Positions 25,300-38,780 of a stretch of DNA of 64,000 bases are shown here, piece by piece. How positions within the stretch are numbered: the first letter of the stretch is position 1; every line of letters starts with the position of its first letter. The stretch covers positions 116,438,001 to 116,502,000 of the forward strand of contig CM059431.1 in NCBI GenBank assembly GCA_030390025.1, in the 5' to 3' direction. The position numbers and the translations under genes are program-made. The DNA comes from Squalus acanthias (taxonomy: Eukaryota). A model generated the notes under the pieces. It saw only the letters and a list, made by a program, of their open reading frames with translations, was not told the DNA's origin and did no database searches.

Positions 25300-28160
25300 A
25301 CATAGGAACAGGAGTAGGCCATTCAGCTTGCTCCGCCATTCAATGAGATCATGGCTGATCTGCGACCTAACTTCATATACCCGCCTTTGGCCCATATCCC
25401 TTAATACCTTTGGTTAACAGAAAACTATCAATCTCTGATTTAAAATGAACAAATGATCAACTACCATTTGTGGAAGAAAGTTCCAAACTTCTACTACCCT
25501 TTGTGTGTAGAAGTGTTTCCTAATTTCATTCCTGAAAGGTCTGGCTCTAATTTTTTACACTATGCCCCCTCGTCCAAGAATCCCCAACCAGCAGAAATAG
25601 TTTCTCTCTATCTACTCTATCTGTTCCCCTTAATATCCTGAAAACTTCGATCAGATCACCCCTTAACCTTCTAAATTCTAGGAACACAACGCTAATTTGT
25701 GTAATCTCTCCTCGTAACTTAACCCTTGAGTCCAGGCATCATTCTGGTAAACCTACGCTGCACTCCCTCCAAGGCCAATATATCCTTCCTAAGGTGAGGT
25801 GCCCAGAACTGCTCACAGTACTCCAGGTGTGGTCTAACCAGGGTTTTGCACAGCTGCAGCATAACTTCTACCCTCTTGTATTCTTATCCTCTAGATATAA
25901 AGGCCAGCATCCCATTAGCCTTTTTGATTATTTTCTGTACCTGTTCATGACATTTTAATGTTCTATGTACCTGGACCCCTAAGTCTCTTTGGACCTCCAC
26001 TGTTTTTAACTTTTCACCATTTAGAAAGTACCCTGTTCTATCCTTTTTAGGTCCAAAGTGGATGACTTCACATTTGCCTACATTAAAATCCATTTGCCAC
26101 AGTTTTGCCCATTCACTTAATCTGTCAATATCTCTTTGTAATTTTATGCTTCCATCTACACTGCCTACAATGCCACCTATCTTTCTGTCATCGGCAAATT
26201 TGGATATATGACTTTCTATGCCATCATCTAAGTTGTTAATAAATACTGTGAATAGTTGAGCCTCCAACACAGATCCCTGCGGGACACCACTGGTCACCTC
26301 TTGCTAATTAGAGTACTTGCCCGTTATCCCCACTGCCTGTCTCCTGCCGCTCAGCCAATTTCCTAAACAGGTCAATAATTTGTCCTCAATTCTGTGGGCT
26401 TCTACGTTAGTTAACAGTTGCTTATGTGGGACTTTATCAAATGCCTTCTAGAAGGCCATATAAATAACATCCATAGACATTCCCCTGTCCACTACTTTAA
26501 TCACCTCTTCAAAAAATTTAATCAGTTTTGTCAGGCATGACCTACCTTTCACAAATCCATGCTGGCTTTCCCTGCTCAACTGAAAATTTTCGAGGTGTTC
26601 ACTCACCCTATCCTTAATTATAGACTCTAGCAATTTCTTGACAGCAGATGTTAGACTAACTGATCTATAATTCCCTGGTTTCCCTGTCTCTCCATTTTTA
26701 AATAGCGGAGTGACATGAACAATTTTCCAATCTAAAGGAACAGTTCCTGAATCGAGAGAACTTTAGAAGATTAGGGCATCTGCAATGTACTCACCTACTT
26801 CCTTTAAAATCCTGGGATGGAAACCATCTAGTCCTGGGGATTTGTCACTCTTCAATGCCATTATTTTCTTCATTACTGTTATTTTACTTACATTAATTTT
26901 ATTGAGTCCCTGTCCCTGATTAAGTTTCCTTGGGATTTCTGGCATGCTATCCTCTTCCTCCACTGTAAATACTGACGCAAAGTAATCTGCAGTATTTTCT
27001 TTTTGTATTTGTGTTGACGCAAAGCAATTATTCAACATGTCCGCCATTTCCTTATTATCATTGATAATATCACCGCTATCAGTTTTTAAGGGGCCAACAT
27101 TGCTCCTGACTACCCTCTTTTTCCTAATATAATGGTAAAAAAAAATGGTGTTGATTTTGATATCCCTTGCAAGTTTCCTTTCATACTCCCTTTTTGTAGC
27201 TCTTGCTTTCTATTTTGTGACCCTTTGCATCTTTCCCATTTGCACGGATCTGTGCTATTTTTGTAAGCTTTTATCTTGGCAAGTAGAGCTCTTGCCCCTC
27301 AGGGGTATAAACTGGTTCTGTATCATATTAAATTCTTTTTTGAACATCTCCTGATCTTCTCTCATTTTACCCATTAACAGATTTGCCCAGTTTACCGTGG
27401 ATAGTCTCTGTCTCATCCTTTTAAAGTCGGCCTTACTCAAATCTAGAATCTGTTTTGCGTTTCTCCCTTTCAAAGGCTACATTGAACTTTTTCTTTATTC
27501 ATAGGATGTGTGGGCATCGCTGGCAAGGTTGGCATTTAGTGCCCATCCCTAATTGCCCTTGAGAATGTAGTGGTGAGCCACCTTCTTGAACTGCAGAGGC
27601 AGTTAAGACTCAACCACATTGCTGTGGGTCTGGAGTCACATTTAGGCCAGACTGGCAAGTTTTCTTCCCTAAAGGACATTAGTGAATCAGATGGGTTTTT
27701 ATGACAATCCAATAGTTTCATGGTCACCATTACTGATACTAGCTTTTTATTCCGTGGTGGGATTTGAACTCGCATCTCCGGATTACTATTCCAGTAACAT
27801 AGCCACTATGCTACCATTCCCTTAGGATCACTATTGGATTCATGGTCACACACAGTTAGGCTGTTAACTAAATCTGGCTCATTACTCATTACTAAATCTA
27901 ATATGGCCCCCTTGTTGCCTCTAGGACAAAATGTTGTAGAAAATTATCCAGGACACACTGAAGAAATTCACTACCTTTCTGACAGGTGCTAGTCTGCTTA
28001 TCCCAATCTACATGAAAGTGAAAGTCACCCATTAAAAGCACTCTGCCTTTGCTACACACTTGTCAAATCTCTGCATTTATACAATCTAGCACTTCACAGC
28101 TGCTACCAGGGGGCCTCTATACAACTCCCACTACAGTCTTAAATCCTTTCCTATTTCTTA
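25300..28160 (-). mobile_element. CR1 ORF2 fragment, decayed
   Basis: [40 protein letters not shown]; tail at ~25300. Confidence 0.9.
27488..27822 (-). mobile_element. tRNA-derived SINE sharing its 3' tail with the LINE at 55195-63660
   Basis: Minus-strand head ggtagcatagtgg...gagttcaaatccc; tail gcagttcaagaaggtggctcacc...gggcaattagggatgggca matches the LINE tail at 55200-55310 and 47925-48030. Confidence 0.7.
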
Positions 28161-28329
28161 ATTAGAGAATGTTGTATGGGTGTAAAGGGAGTGGGGTTGG
28201 AAGAATGTGATCTATCTTACCATCTGGATCACATTCTCACTCTGATCCCCCCACCCCTTTAGACCTAGATCACGTTCTTCCCCATCCCCACTGTGCTCTC
28301 CGTGCTCCATACCCCACCCCCCGAGTTCC

Positions 28330-28990
28330 TGACCTCCTCTCCCCTCTCCTCCGATCCTCTCTCCCCCTCCTCTATCTCTCCCCCTCTCTCTCCTCCTCTT
28401 TCTCTCTCTCTCCTCTCTCCCCCTTCAATTCCCTCTCTCTCCCCTCCTCTCTCTCTCGCTCCCCTTTCCAATCCCCTCTGTCATTCCCCCTCCGATCTCC
28501 TTTGTCTCTCCCGCCTCCAATTCCTTCTCTCTCTCTCTCTCTCCCCCCTCCGATCCCCTCTGTCTCTGCCCCACCGATTCCCACTGTCTGCCCCCCTCCA
28601 ATTCCCTCTCTCTCCCCCTCCAATCCCCTCCCTATCTACCCCCCCATGATTCTCTCTCTCTCTCCCCCCTCTCTCTCTTCTCCTCCTTTCTTTATCCCCT
28701 CTTCTCTTTCCTCATCTCTCTCTCTCTCCCCTCTCTCTTCCCCCCTCTCTCCCCCTCCTCTCTTCCTCCCCCTCCTCTCTCTCTCCACTCCGATCTCCTC
28801 TCTCTGTCCCCCCTTCCAATCCCCCCTCTCTCTCTCCCCTCCGATCTCCTCTCTCTGTCCTCCCCTCCAATCTCCCCTCTCTCTCTCCCCTCCGATTTCC
28901 TCTCTCTGTCCCCCCCTCCAATTCTTCCTCTCTCTCTCCCCTCTGATTCCCTCTCTCTCCCCTTTCGATTCTCTCTTCCCCCCCCCGGCC
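28330..28990. repeat. Polypyrimidine (C/T) low-complexity tract with ~45-bp degenerate units
   Basis: Repeated ccccctccaat...ctctctctcccctccgatctcctctctctgt. Confidence 0.85.
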
Positions 28991-30657
28991 ACCAACAGAT
29001 CCAGTGACCTTCTTACGGAGCTGAGGAAAGCGTGGCCTATTGCAGGCCGCAACTGTTGGGTAATGCGCATCCGCGACCTCGGTAAACAGCGTGCATGCGC
29101 AGAAGGGGATCGGGTGCACATGCGCGGCTCCGGAACACCGCGCACATGCGCAGAAGGCCGCAAAAATGTTTGTGTTGATAATCGCAGATTTAAAAAGTTG
29201 TTAAAGTGTGCAGGGAGTGCTGCTGGATGCTTGCAAGGCTTTGGATGTCAAAGGAAGGCATCTGAGTATACCACTTGCTCACAGTCCTGGGAGCTCTAGT
29301 TGCAGTCCCCCTTGGGCTGCAGCATCACATGGAGATGAAGCAGAGGCAGCAAAGGGGACAAGCTGCTTGCAGAGGGAAGAGGAGAAAGCAGAAGAGGAGG
29401 AAGCAGAAGAGGCAGACGCAGAATAGGAGGAAGCGGAAGGAAGGTGCAACCCAGACAGCCTTTCTCTGGCTGGGATATCCGGGATCGAATCATCCGCCTG
29501 CAGTCCCAGTGACCACAATCCCAATTCCCGTTTCAACATTAGCCCCACACCTTACCTTCCCTCTGTTACTGACCATCACAGTGTCCTGTTGGGCACAATG
29601 CTGAAATAAAAGCCACCAGAAAGCAAACTTTCCAATCCAACTTTATCCATATATGCATCCAATATTACGTCAAAAAATTAACTAATCACCCTTGTGCATT
29701 CCCTTAGTGAGTGTCTTGCGTATGCCTCTAGCTATCCTAGTGATGTCACGCTGTGCTACCTCAGTGGTTGCAGCATGGCTGGGGGAAGGCTGCTGACTTT
29801 CAGTGGGGGACACTGCAGGTGGCCTTGAAGGACAACCTCGAGGAACTGGTGGCTGGGAGTGTGAAATTGAGTGACGGTGTTTCTTCTTCTTCTCTACTCT
29901 CCTCTTCCTCTTCTTGGTCAACCACTGGCTGGGCAGGCTGGTTTTCTTGGGTGAGGAAGGCACAAGTGTAGGGTTGTGCTGACGGGAGGACAGGGAAGCA
30001 AGAGGTGCATGCTTACACCATGTGCGACTTGAACATCAGAAGATATTGTGGGATGAGGGGGAATGTGGGATGTGAGAAGGAGGATAATGTATGAGGATAT
30101 CGGCTTCTTATACTCTTTCAGCCCTGCCGCTGGCCAAGGGCTCAGCCATGCCCCTGCCAAGAAGGCCAGCATGGTCTCCTCCAAGGGGATGAGGTGAAGC
30201 TAGGAATGTGAGGTACGCCTCCTGTTTGGTAGAGATTGTTGGTAGGTGACTGATGGGGGGAGTTGTGCATTGAGCAGTGTGTGAAGCTAGTGGTGCAGTT
30301 AGTAGATCCATTCACTGACCTTGACCACTCATCTGAGGTCATGAGATTTCTTTGGGCACTGGAGCCAGGTCCTGAGGGCAACACTGCTGGCAGTGGCGGC
30401 CTCAGCAATCTATACCACATCCTCCTTTCTGGAATGCCTCCTTGTCCCCTGTAAGTCGAGGACATCTCTTCCAGTGTTGACCCCCTGCACAAAGCTCGAG
30501 TGATGCTTCTGAGACCCTGGGTGCCCTTTTCCTGGTCTGTTGAACCATTTGTGTTAGTGTTGAAGCACTTTTTAGCATTTTATATGTGCAGAAGGCAGTT
30601 CAGCTTTAAGAGCTGCAGACTGCCTAGTTCTGAAGGATTTTTTTTTTCAGAAGGCAG

Positions 30658-33568
30658 TGTAAGGGGTTTTGTCGTGCTTGTATCACAGACGGTGCTGGTG
30701 CGAGGTTAGGCCTTCGTTGCCTAATACTATTGCTTGCTCTGGTCTCCGACCAACCTTGTTGCAATAAGCACCTGTGAGTGGTTCGACCCACTCGCCCTTA
30801 CGGTTCTAACACTGGACTTAGGTGCGAGAGCAGTAATGCAGAGAAAAACTCAAATAGACCCGGTTGAATAGTACGAAATGGAAATCTTTATTGCATAGCG
30901 TCCAAAATCATGAAGTACATGTCATAGGCGCAAATTAACGAGAGTACAAGTATACATACATTCATAACTCTTGGTCTATGGTAATGAAGAACGCACGGCA
31001 CATCGTAAAAAGGGAAACACATTATACTTTATCCTTAATAAAACCACCCTCCCCTATCAATACCTACACTACATCTAGATTTGTAGGATCGGGAAACATG
31101 CTCACCACTCGTGATACTTCGGAGAATTTTAAAGTGAGGCACTCGGCTCGTTTCGCTGCAGCGCCTGACTGTCACGTGTTTGGAGGGGTTCTGCACCCCA
31201 ATTGTTTATCTTCGCTGCTGCGACAAGCAGGCCGGGCTCCCCGTTGTCATGAAGAACTCGACAGAACTCGGGCACGGTTGTAGAACTCAAAGAAGAGTCT
31301 TCCTGTACCGACACCAGTTGTCGGTAGAATTCAATGAAGAGTCTTTTATCGTATTTTCGGGCGCGGTCGGGGTTTACTGACCGTGGCGGCATGTGGATTC
31401 TTCTTCTTTTCTTGTCATTTCGTCTTGTCTTTTCGGGCCTTCGGGTCCAGACACCGTTTACCGACTCTCGGGTAGGTGCACCCGGTCACTTGCCCTTGTC
31501 AAGGCGGCTCGATCCGATTGAGCTCCACCCAACATTCGAATAACCGACCAGTACGGCTAAAAGTCAAGAGTCAACAATGTCCAGCCCTAAGGAAGAGCTT
31601 CAACAAGGGTTCGCCGAGAGAATAAGAGTTCAGCAGTCAGCAGCAAGATAAGAGAATAAGAGAGCGATGGACATTTGATCACTATAGTTATAGTGCTGTG
31701 TTCTCTTATCTCCCGCTCAAATCTTAATGTTTGTCCTTTGTGTAATATTGGCGCTCAAAACTCCCAGCATGGGGCGATTCTTTCCTTTAACATAAGAACA
31801 TAAGAACATAAGAAATAGGAGCAGGAGTAGGCCAATCGGCCCCTCGAGCCTGCTCCGCCATTCAATAAGATCATGGCTGATCTGATCCTAACCGCCAATC
31901 TACTATCTATCACAGAACCATCTCCTGCATCTAACAGAATTGCACACACGAAATAGGAGCAGAATCAGGCTACACAGTCCCTGGGCCCGCTCCACTACCC
32001 ACAGGGCCATGACCGATCCGAACCTAGACTCATGTCCAAATTCCTGCCCGCTCCCCGTAACCCTTAATGCCCTTTACTTCCAGGAAACTGTCTATTTCTG
32101 TTTTAAATTTAATTAATGTTGTAGCTTCTACAGCTTTTTGTGGCAGCATATTCCATGGACCTACCACCCTCTGAGTGAAGTAGTTCCTCCTCATCTCAGT
32201 TTTGAAAGAGCAGCCCCTTATTCTAAGACTATGTCCCCTAGTTCTCGTCTCACCCGTCATCGGGAACATCCTCCCCGCATCCACCCGATCCAACCCCTTC
32301 ACAATCTTATATGTTTCAATAAGATTGCCTCTCATTCTTCTGAACTCCAATGAGTAGAGTCCCAATCTACCCAACCTCTCCTCATATGACCACCCCCTCA
32401 TCCCCGGGATTAACCGAGTGAACCTTTTTTGCACTGCCTCGAGAGCAAGGATGTCTTTCCTTAAGTAAGGACACCAAAACTGTATGCAGTATTCCAGGTG
32501 CGGTCTCACCAATACCTTGTACAACTGAAGCAATACCTCCCTATTTTTATATTCTATCCCCCTAGCAATGAAAGCCAACATTCCATTTGCCTTCTTAATC
32601 ACTTGCTGCACCTGCATACTAACCTTTTGAGTTTTGTGCACCAGGACCCCCAGATCCCTTTGCACTTCAGTACTCTCCAGTTTCTTGCCATTAAGATAAT
32701 AAATTGCTCTAGGATTTTTCCTGCCAAAGTGCATCACCTCACACTTTCCAGTGTTGTATTCCATCTGCCAAATCTCTGCCCACTTACTTAGCCTGTCTAT
32801 GTCCCCTTGCAGGTTTTTTATGTCCTCCTCACTCACTACTTTCCCTCCCATCTTTGTATCATCTGCAAATTTTGATATGTTACACTTGGTCCCTTCCTCC
32901 AAATCGTTAATATAGATTGTGAAGAGTTGGGGACCCAGCACTGACCCCTGTGGAACACCACTAGTTACTGATTGCCAGTCTGAGAATGAACCATTTATCC
33001 CAACTCTTTGCTTTCTGTTAGATAGCCAATCCTCTATCCATGCCAGAATATTACCCCCAATCCCGTGATTTTTTACCTGAAACTGGCCAACTACCCGTTA
33101 ATGTTTTTCCCATTGTCGAACCGGCTAGGAGCCTCCCTGGCTGGGTTTTGGGGGCCCCCGAATGCTTGCTTAATCACCCGTCGATGTCTCTCTCATTGTA
33201 GAGCCGTGGGGGTATTTGTGTATTGATGTGTCTGGATGGGCCTTCGATTGCCCAGTACAATGGTCCTTACTTGTGCATGGAAAACGATTCCAGCACTTAT
33301 ATCTTTGCTATTGTCACAAATGCAAACAGGTTGCATCCTGTCTTTATCAGTGTTTATCGAGTATGATCCAGTCTTATATTGAAATGTTTATTCGAACGCC
33401 ATCTTGTCTGTCCACTGTAATGCTGGAAGCTTCTGCCACAATGCGCGGTGGCCATTTTACAGGCTTCTGTGTCCTTTATATCATGACAGCATTTCGTTTA
33501 ATAAAACTGATCAAACGAATCTGCTTCTATCTTGTTATTTTGAATCGCGATAATTGCGAAACTTTACA
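30658..33568 (-). mobile_element. Solo LTR (~1.6 kb excluding the nested CR1), same family as 18529-20166
   Basis: On the minus strand starts TGTAAAG and ends CCCCTTACA; exact 4-bp TSD GCAG (30654-30657, 33569-33572). Confidence 0.85.
31789..33076 (-). mobile_element. Young 5'-truncated CR1 inserted in the solo LTR
   Basis: Open 303-codon RT C-terminus (32030-32941); (aacataag)n tail. Confidence 0.92.
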
Positions 33569-36500
33569 GCAGTTCAGCTTTTAGGGCTAGAGACTGCCTT
33601 GAAAACGAACAGCCTAGCTTTAAGGAAAGGCAGCCTCGCTCCAGCGACGCTAACTTGAGCCCCCTGCTGAGCACACAGCCTGTCAGCAGCGCGATAGTCA
33701 CTAGGCTGAGTGCTACAATCATTTAAATTATCAGGAGGCATCAAATTGCTGCCTGCGCTTTTTGAACGGGCGTGGGCATATCTCGCATCACGGTGCCCGC
33801 GCCTGTTTTCTTACGTTATTGAATTTCCCAGTCAAAATGCCCTACCAGATGTGGCTATTAAGTCAGAGGCTATAACATTATTTAAAATATAATTAGATAA
33901 GTATTTGCAAAAGGAAAAAAAACAAGGCTATAGGGAAAGGGCAGGTAAATAGGATTAGAATAGGAAATAGAATTAGAGTAGGTAGCTTCTGCGGAAGAGC
34001 TAACCCCAGCCCAGATGTGATGGGCCACTTGCATGATGACTAAGGAGGAGGGCAGCCTGATGTAGTTCATAAATAGAATTTGTCCATGTTTGGTGATTCT
34101 ACATAATTCAACCTACAATAGACATTGGACACGTTCAATTCACCTTTGGTTCATAACACTGTTAACTTAATTGGTTTCTTATCAAAGGCAAACAGCCTTC
34201 CTCCCACAGCAATTGCCCTGTTAAAGCCTTGCGAAGGCAGTTTCCATTTTGGAGAAACTGATTTGCTCCTGATTTTAAAGCTATGAATAAAAAGCAAGGA
34301 CAAAATATCCATTGTTGTCACAGACATGCCCTAGCATATTACAGTATGTATGATAATCAGTCTGGTGATCATTAATAATGAAATATTCAGTTAAATTCTG
34401 CAGAAGAAAAATTGACACATCAAGAACTGGAAAGAGTAATGTTACAAAAGCTTGTATGGCGTGCCTTTAAAGAAAGTACGAGATGAACTTATCTTAACAT
34501 TCCAAGCTTTTAATAATGTGTAATTTTATGTAATTTGATACCATTAAATAATCTGCTATATTTAGAATATATCATATGTAATCATGTGTATATTACTAAT
34601 TTTGGCGTAGAGTATATTCTGTGCATTTTTAAATTCTGGCATATTTTCCATGAGCGTTATAACACACGACGGCACAGATTTATTTATGTAGCTGAGGTAT
34701 GCAAGGGGTGTAACTTTGCTTCTTTATTCACTTAATTAATGAAGGGAGAAATTAGGAGAATTTGTTTTTACAGAGGTGATTGGTATTGCATTAAAACAGT
34801 CATAGGAGCAAAATCCATCATAGCTTTTAAAAGGATAATTATTTGAAAAAAGAAAGAAAATGATATAAGCGGGTATGGGGAAAGGGCAAGAGAATGGGTC
34901 TAAATAGATACCTCTTTTAGAGAATGGGCATAGGCAAGATGGACCGAATGGGCCGCATAGTGTCCGTTTTTCAGCTGCTGTGTGGCCTCCTAAGGCCCCA
35001 AAATAGCAGGCAGGAAGCACGCCAATACTTCCGGCTGGAAGTGCACCACCCACCATATTGGCTGAGGACAAACAAGAGGCATCCTTTCCCAAGCCTGAAG
35101 CAGGCGTTAGACCCTTTGCATATGCTGCAAGATTGGTTCACGGGCTGGACTCAGGGAAACTGACCCTGCAGAACTCCTGCAATAATAAAGGGGAGTCACT
35201 GACCTGAATGTGGATACAGGAGGAGCAGGAATGCTCCAGGCTCCCCCCCCCCCACCAACGACCCCCGATCTCACAGACCGCCCATCCACCAATTGCTACC
35301 ATGCCACACCGCATCCACCCCATCCCCCCCCACCCCACCCCGGCCAACGATCACTTACCCGTAGGCCACTTCGACACTAACAGCAGCTCGAACTTCCAAT
35401 CATTACCTGCGTGGCCTCCTCCCGCAACACCATTCATATGGGAATGAGGTATGAAGCCCAATATCCGGGGCTCCTCGGACCCTACTATTCGTGCTCGGGG
35501 TGAGTACCCTGCGTGGGAGGAGCGCCCAAAAATGGGCGGATGTGTATAATAGGACAATCAGCCGCCTCCCATTTTTCACCGTTTGAAGTTGAATTTTACT
35601 CCCTGTCTTCTGAGTGCCTGACCCTATCAAAGAATTAAAACTTACTTAAGTTCACCATTTCCCGCAGCGCCATTCATATGAGAATGAGGTCCGAGGGTAA
35701 ATATCCAGGGTTCCTCGAACCCTACCATTCGTGAAAAAGTTGAACCAGATGGCACTATAAATAGCTGAAGACAGACTCAATCATTTAGTTAAGGAGTGGC
35801 ACTGAGAGGTGAGTGACCTGTATCTTTTGAAATGATCTAAAACTAATTAGAAAAAGTTACTAAAATGTAAAAAAATACTTTTTAAAACCTTTTAAAAAAA
35901 GCAGTAAAAAGTAATTAACAGCGTACACTTCTTCACAGAAAAATCAAAGATGTCTCAAGAAAAGTTAAATGCAAAAAAGAGGTGACGCACTTCAGAGACA
36001 AAGTGCTGCGGGTACGCCTGGATAAGCTGGAGTTGAGGCAACAACAGCTTCTGGCGAACGATAGGTCCAGGATGCCACGGAAAGTTGGCATATTAGGATG
36101 TGACACAGGTCCTCACTGCGAATTCGACAGTCCCACAGACAGCAAGGCAGTGTCGGAAAAAAAATTAATGACCTAATCGGAGGTGCGAAGGTTCGTTCAG
36201 ATTATTAGACATTTTCAAATTTAGATTTTTTTAAATGACATTAATTTCTGATTCACTCAGTGTACTAGCCAGAGCTTGTTTATGAGTAGTCAGTGTTGAA
36301 TCGAATGTCAATTGGTCATAAAACACAGTTGCCATGGGTGACAGCCCTCACAAAGTGGTTTTGAAGTATTATAAAACAAATAGTGAAGTAGTTCTTTAAA
36401 ATGCATATCCCTGACCCTATCTATCTCTCCTAGCAACATCTTGAACTAATTTTAATATTCTGCCTGTGTTGGACAAGATGACTCATAATGCCCATAGGGG

Positions 36501-36655
36501 GTGCACTGGCAGACAGTGGGGTGATCTGTCTTTTTCCAAGTTGCGCATTGAATGAGAAGATAAAACTTCTGTGATGTGGCAGATGAACATGCTGCACTAC
36601 TGTAACATTTTCTTCTTCCTTCCCACAGGTCCACATCAATATTAGGAGGCGGGGC

Positions 36656-37147
36656 CTGCACCGGGCATGCACCGGGCGCTGACACGGGGGCTGCAGAGGG
36701 CACTGAGGTGGGGGCTGCAGAGGGCACTGAGGCGGAGGCTGCACCGGGCACTGGGGTGGGGGCTGCAGAGGGCACTGGGGCGGGGGCTGCAGAGGGCACT
36801 GGGGCGGGGGCTGCACCGGGCACTGGGGCGGGGGCTGCACCGGGCACTGGGGTGGAGGCTGCACTGGGCACTGAGGCGGGGGCTGCAGAGGGCACTGGGG
36901 CGGGGGCTGCACCAGGCACTGGGGCGGGGGCTGCACCGGGCACTGGGGCGGGGGCTGCACCGAGCACTGGGGCGGGGGCTGCACCGGGCACTGGGGCGGG
37001 GGCTGCACCGGGCACTGGGGCGGGGGCTGCACCGGGCACTGGGACGGGGGCTGCACCGGGCACTGGGGCGGAGGCTGCACCGGGCACTGGGGCGGAGGCT
37101 GCACCGGGCACTGGGGCGGAGGCTGCACCGGGCACTGAGGCGGAGGC
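36656..37147. repeat. GC-rich 24-bp minisatellite (ctgcaccgggcactggggcggggg), ~20 copies
   Basis: Tandem units visible directly; adjoins a MITE-like end at ~37468 (cagcaacttctagccc). Confidence 0.95.
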
Positions 37148-37468
37148 AAAGCATCCCCCAGCTGAAATTCTCCCTTTGTGCGAATCTAGGCTCAAGTAAC
37201 ACGTGGGACCGTAAATCATGCCCTTGACAGGGTAATTGCATCACTTCAGACTAGCCGTAAATATCTGCGATGAGTTTTATCATATTTATTGTGCAAATTC
37301 AGCAACTTATGAATGTCAACGGTGGAGTGGCGCAAATCGTCCAGCAACTTGTGGCAATTTGCAATTCATTGAGTATCTCGTCCTGGCCACAGGTTGCTGG
37401 ACGATTTACACATTAATAACGGTGACCACTATTAAGCCCACCGTCACTTTGGCAGCAACTTCTAGCCC

Positions 37469-38690
37469 AATATCCTCTTCTGGTCCCCAGCTTCGTAATT
37501 GCTCATCAGAGATCCGATTGGTAATTTTCCCTTCCAGCATATCTTTTAGGCCTTCATCAATCATTCCTTCCCAGTAGGACACATGCAAACTACAGGTGAC
37601 TCTCCGTGAAACATTAGAGGATAGAATATTTTGGTTGTTAATGATCTCGTTTATCTTATTCTTAGTCAAATTGAACGCCCCTACTATTTCTTTAAATGAT
37701 AAGATGCCTTCCATCTGTTCATTTATTAGTTCCTTCTTCCCTTTATTTTCTTTAGTTAACAATCTCTTCAATTGTGTTTTTAATTTGGCCTGATAACTAT
37801 TGATTTTCAATGTCTAATCTATTAAACACTGCTCCTGCGACTGCCCCTCCCAATCAGTTATGATCTCTTCCTCCTTCAGGAGGAAGTCTGCTGATATTGC
37901 TTGTCTTGATCTTCACTCAACACTTCAGATTTCCTTCCCCCCCATCCATTTTCTAAAGTGGTGCAATTTGTGCTCTAACACCGTTTGTAGCCACATTACA
38001 TAAGCCTTTTGGTACCGTTACATCAGTTAAATCTAGTACAACCGGTACAATTTCCTATCTCATGGTGGAATACACCAACTGCTATGTTGACTGGGTGACC
38101 AAGCCAATCTTTGGAGCCATTGTTACCTCGGGTCATGTGTCACTCTTATCCATTCAGTGTTCTTTCTTGACTCTTACATTTACCTCAGTGGTGTTCATGT
38201 TGGTGCGATTCAAATCCTGACACTGGTATTGTCCTTCATGGCCTTGGTGTACATAGGGAACCTTAATTCCCATCTGGAGCACACGGGGTCCCCTAATTTT
38301 ATTATGTCCATGTACAGCACTCCGACAGGCCATGTTGATGTTGGTCCATCCTTCGATACGCCTAAGTCTGTCTCATTTCATTTCAACAGATTCTCACACT
38401 TTCCTTCTTTTCTTGTTGTGATCCAAGCTGCTTTCTGTATTCCACAAGCAGCCACGGTCCACTTTCCTTCCTTCTGTATACGCATCCAAGAATCAGGGAT
38501 ATCCATTTCTGACTATCTCAGTTCTGTTTTCTATTTCTCCCTGTTCAGCTTTCATTGTCATACTTGTGTTTGGTATCTCTCTGCTCACCGGGATGGATTG
38601 AGTGATTACCATCATTATTCGAGACATTACTGTGATAGTCCATCTCCTCGATGCACTTCCCTTTTCCATGGTGACTTCCATAAAATCAAG
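37469..38690 (-). pseudogene. env / class-I fusion glycoprotein remnant; a possible C-terminal part continues at ~36640-36250
   Basis: EIVPVVLDLTDVTVPKGLC (~38054-38000), RRKRS (37875-37861), GAVAGAVFNRLDI, heptad INSYQAKLKTQLKRLL...FNLTKNKINEIINNQN, TCSLHVSYWEGMIDEGLKDMLEGKITNRISDEQL. Confidence 0.6.
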
Positions 38691-38780
38691 AGAGTACAAT
38701 TACCCATCAGTTATGCCTCTGGTACTGTGGGCTGTCTTAATCTGGTTGATATGGTGCCACCTGGTTTCCATCCTGTTCTT

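Larger units (their letters stand above)
29160..33830 (-). mobile_element. Decayed Harbinger remnant (Myb/SANT exons ~30550-29720) hosting a solo LTR
   Basis: ...PGSSAQRNLMTS / KKSHDL-like exon end at ~30320; 3' part resembles 4250-4340; the internal repeat aggcagttcagcttt continues across the LTR. Confidence 0.6.

Noticed and set aside
28265..29299. Pro/Ser/Leu-rich and Glu/Arg/Gly-rich ORFs
   Set aside because: Translations of a C/T low-complexity tract.
18529..33568. The two 1.6-kb LTRs as ends of one provirus
   Set aside because: They are in opposite orientation, each has its own TSD, they are highly diverged, and no gag or pol lies between them.
30658..33717. LTR end at gctaca (33717)
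   Set aside because: No TSD there; alignment with the other LTR and the GCAG TSD place the end at 33568.
36430..37244. Five long overlapping ORFs (PPPQCPVQ, APVPGA and related repeats) resembling SPRR/cornifin-like proteins
   Set aside because: They arise from a stop-free 24-bp minisatellite open on both strands; no gene context.
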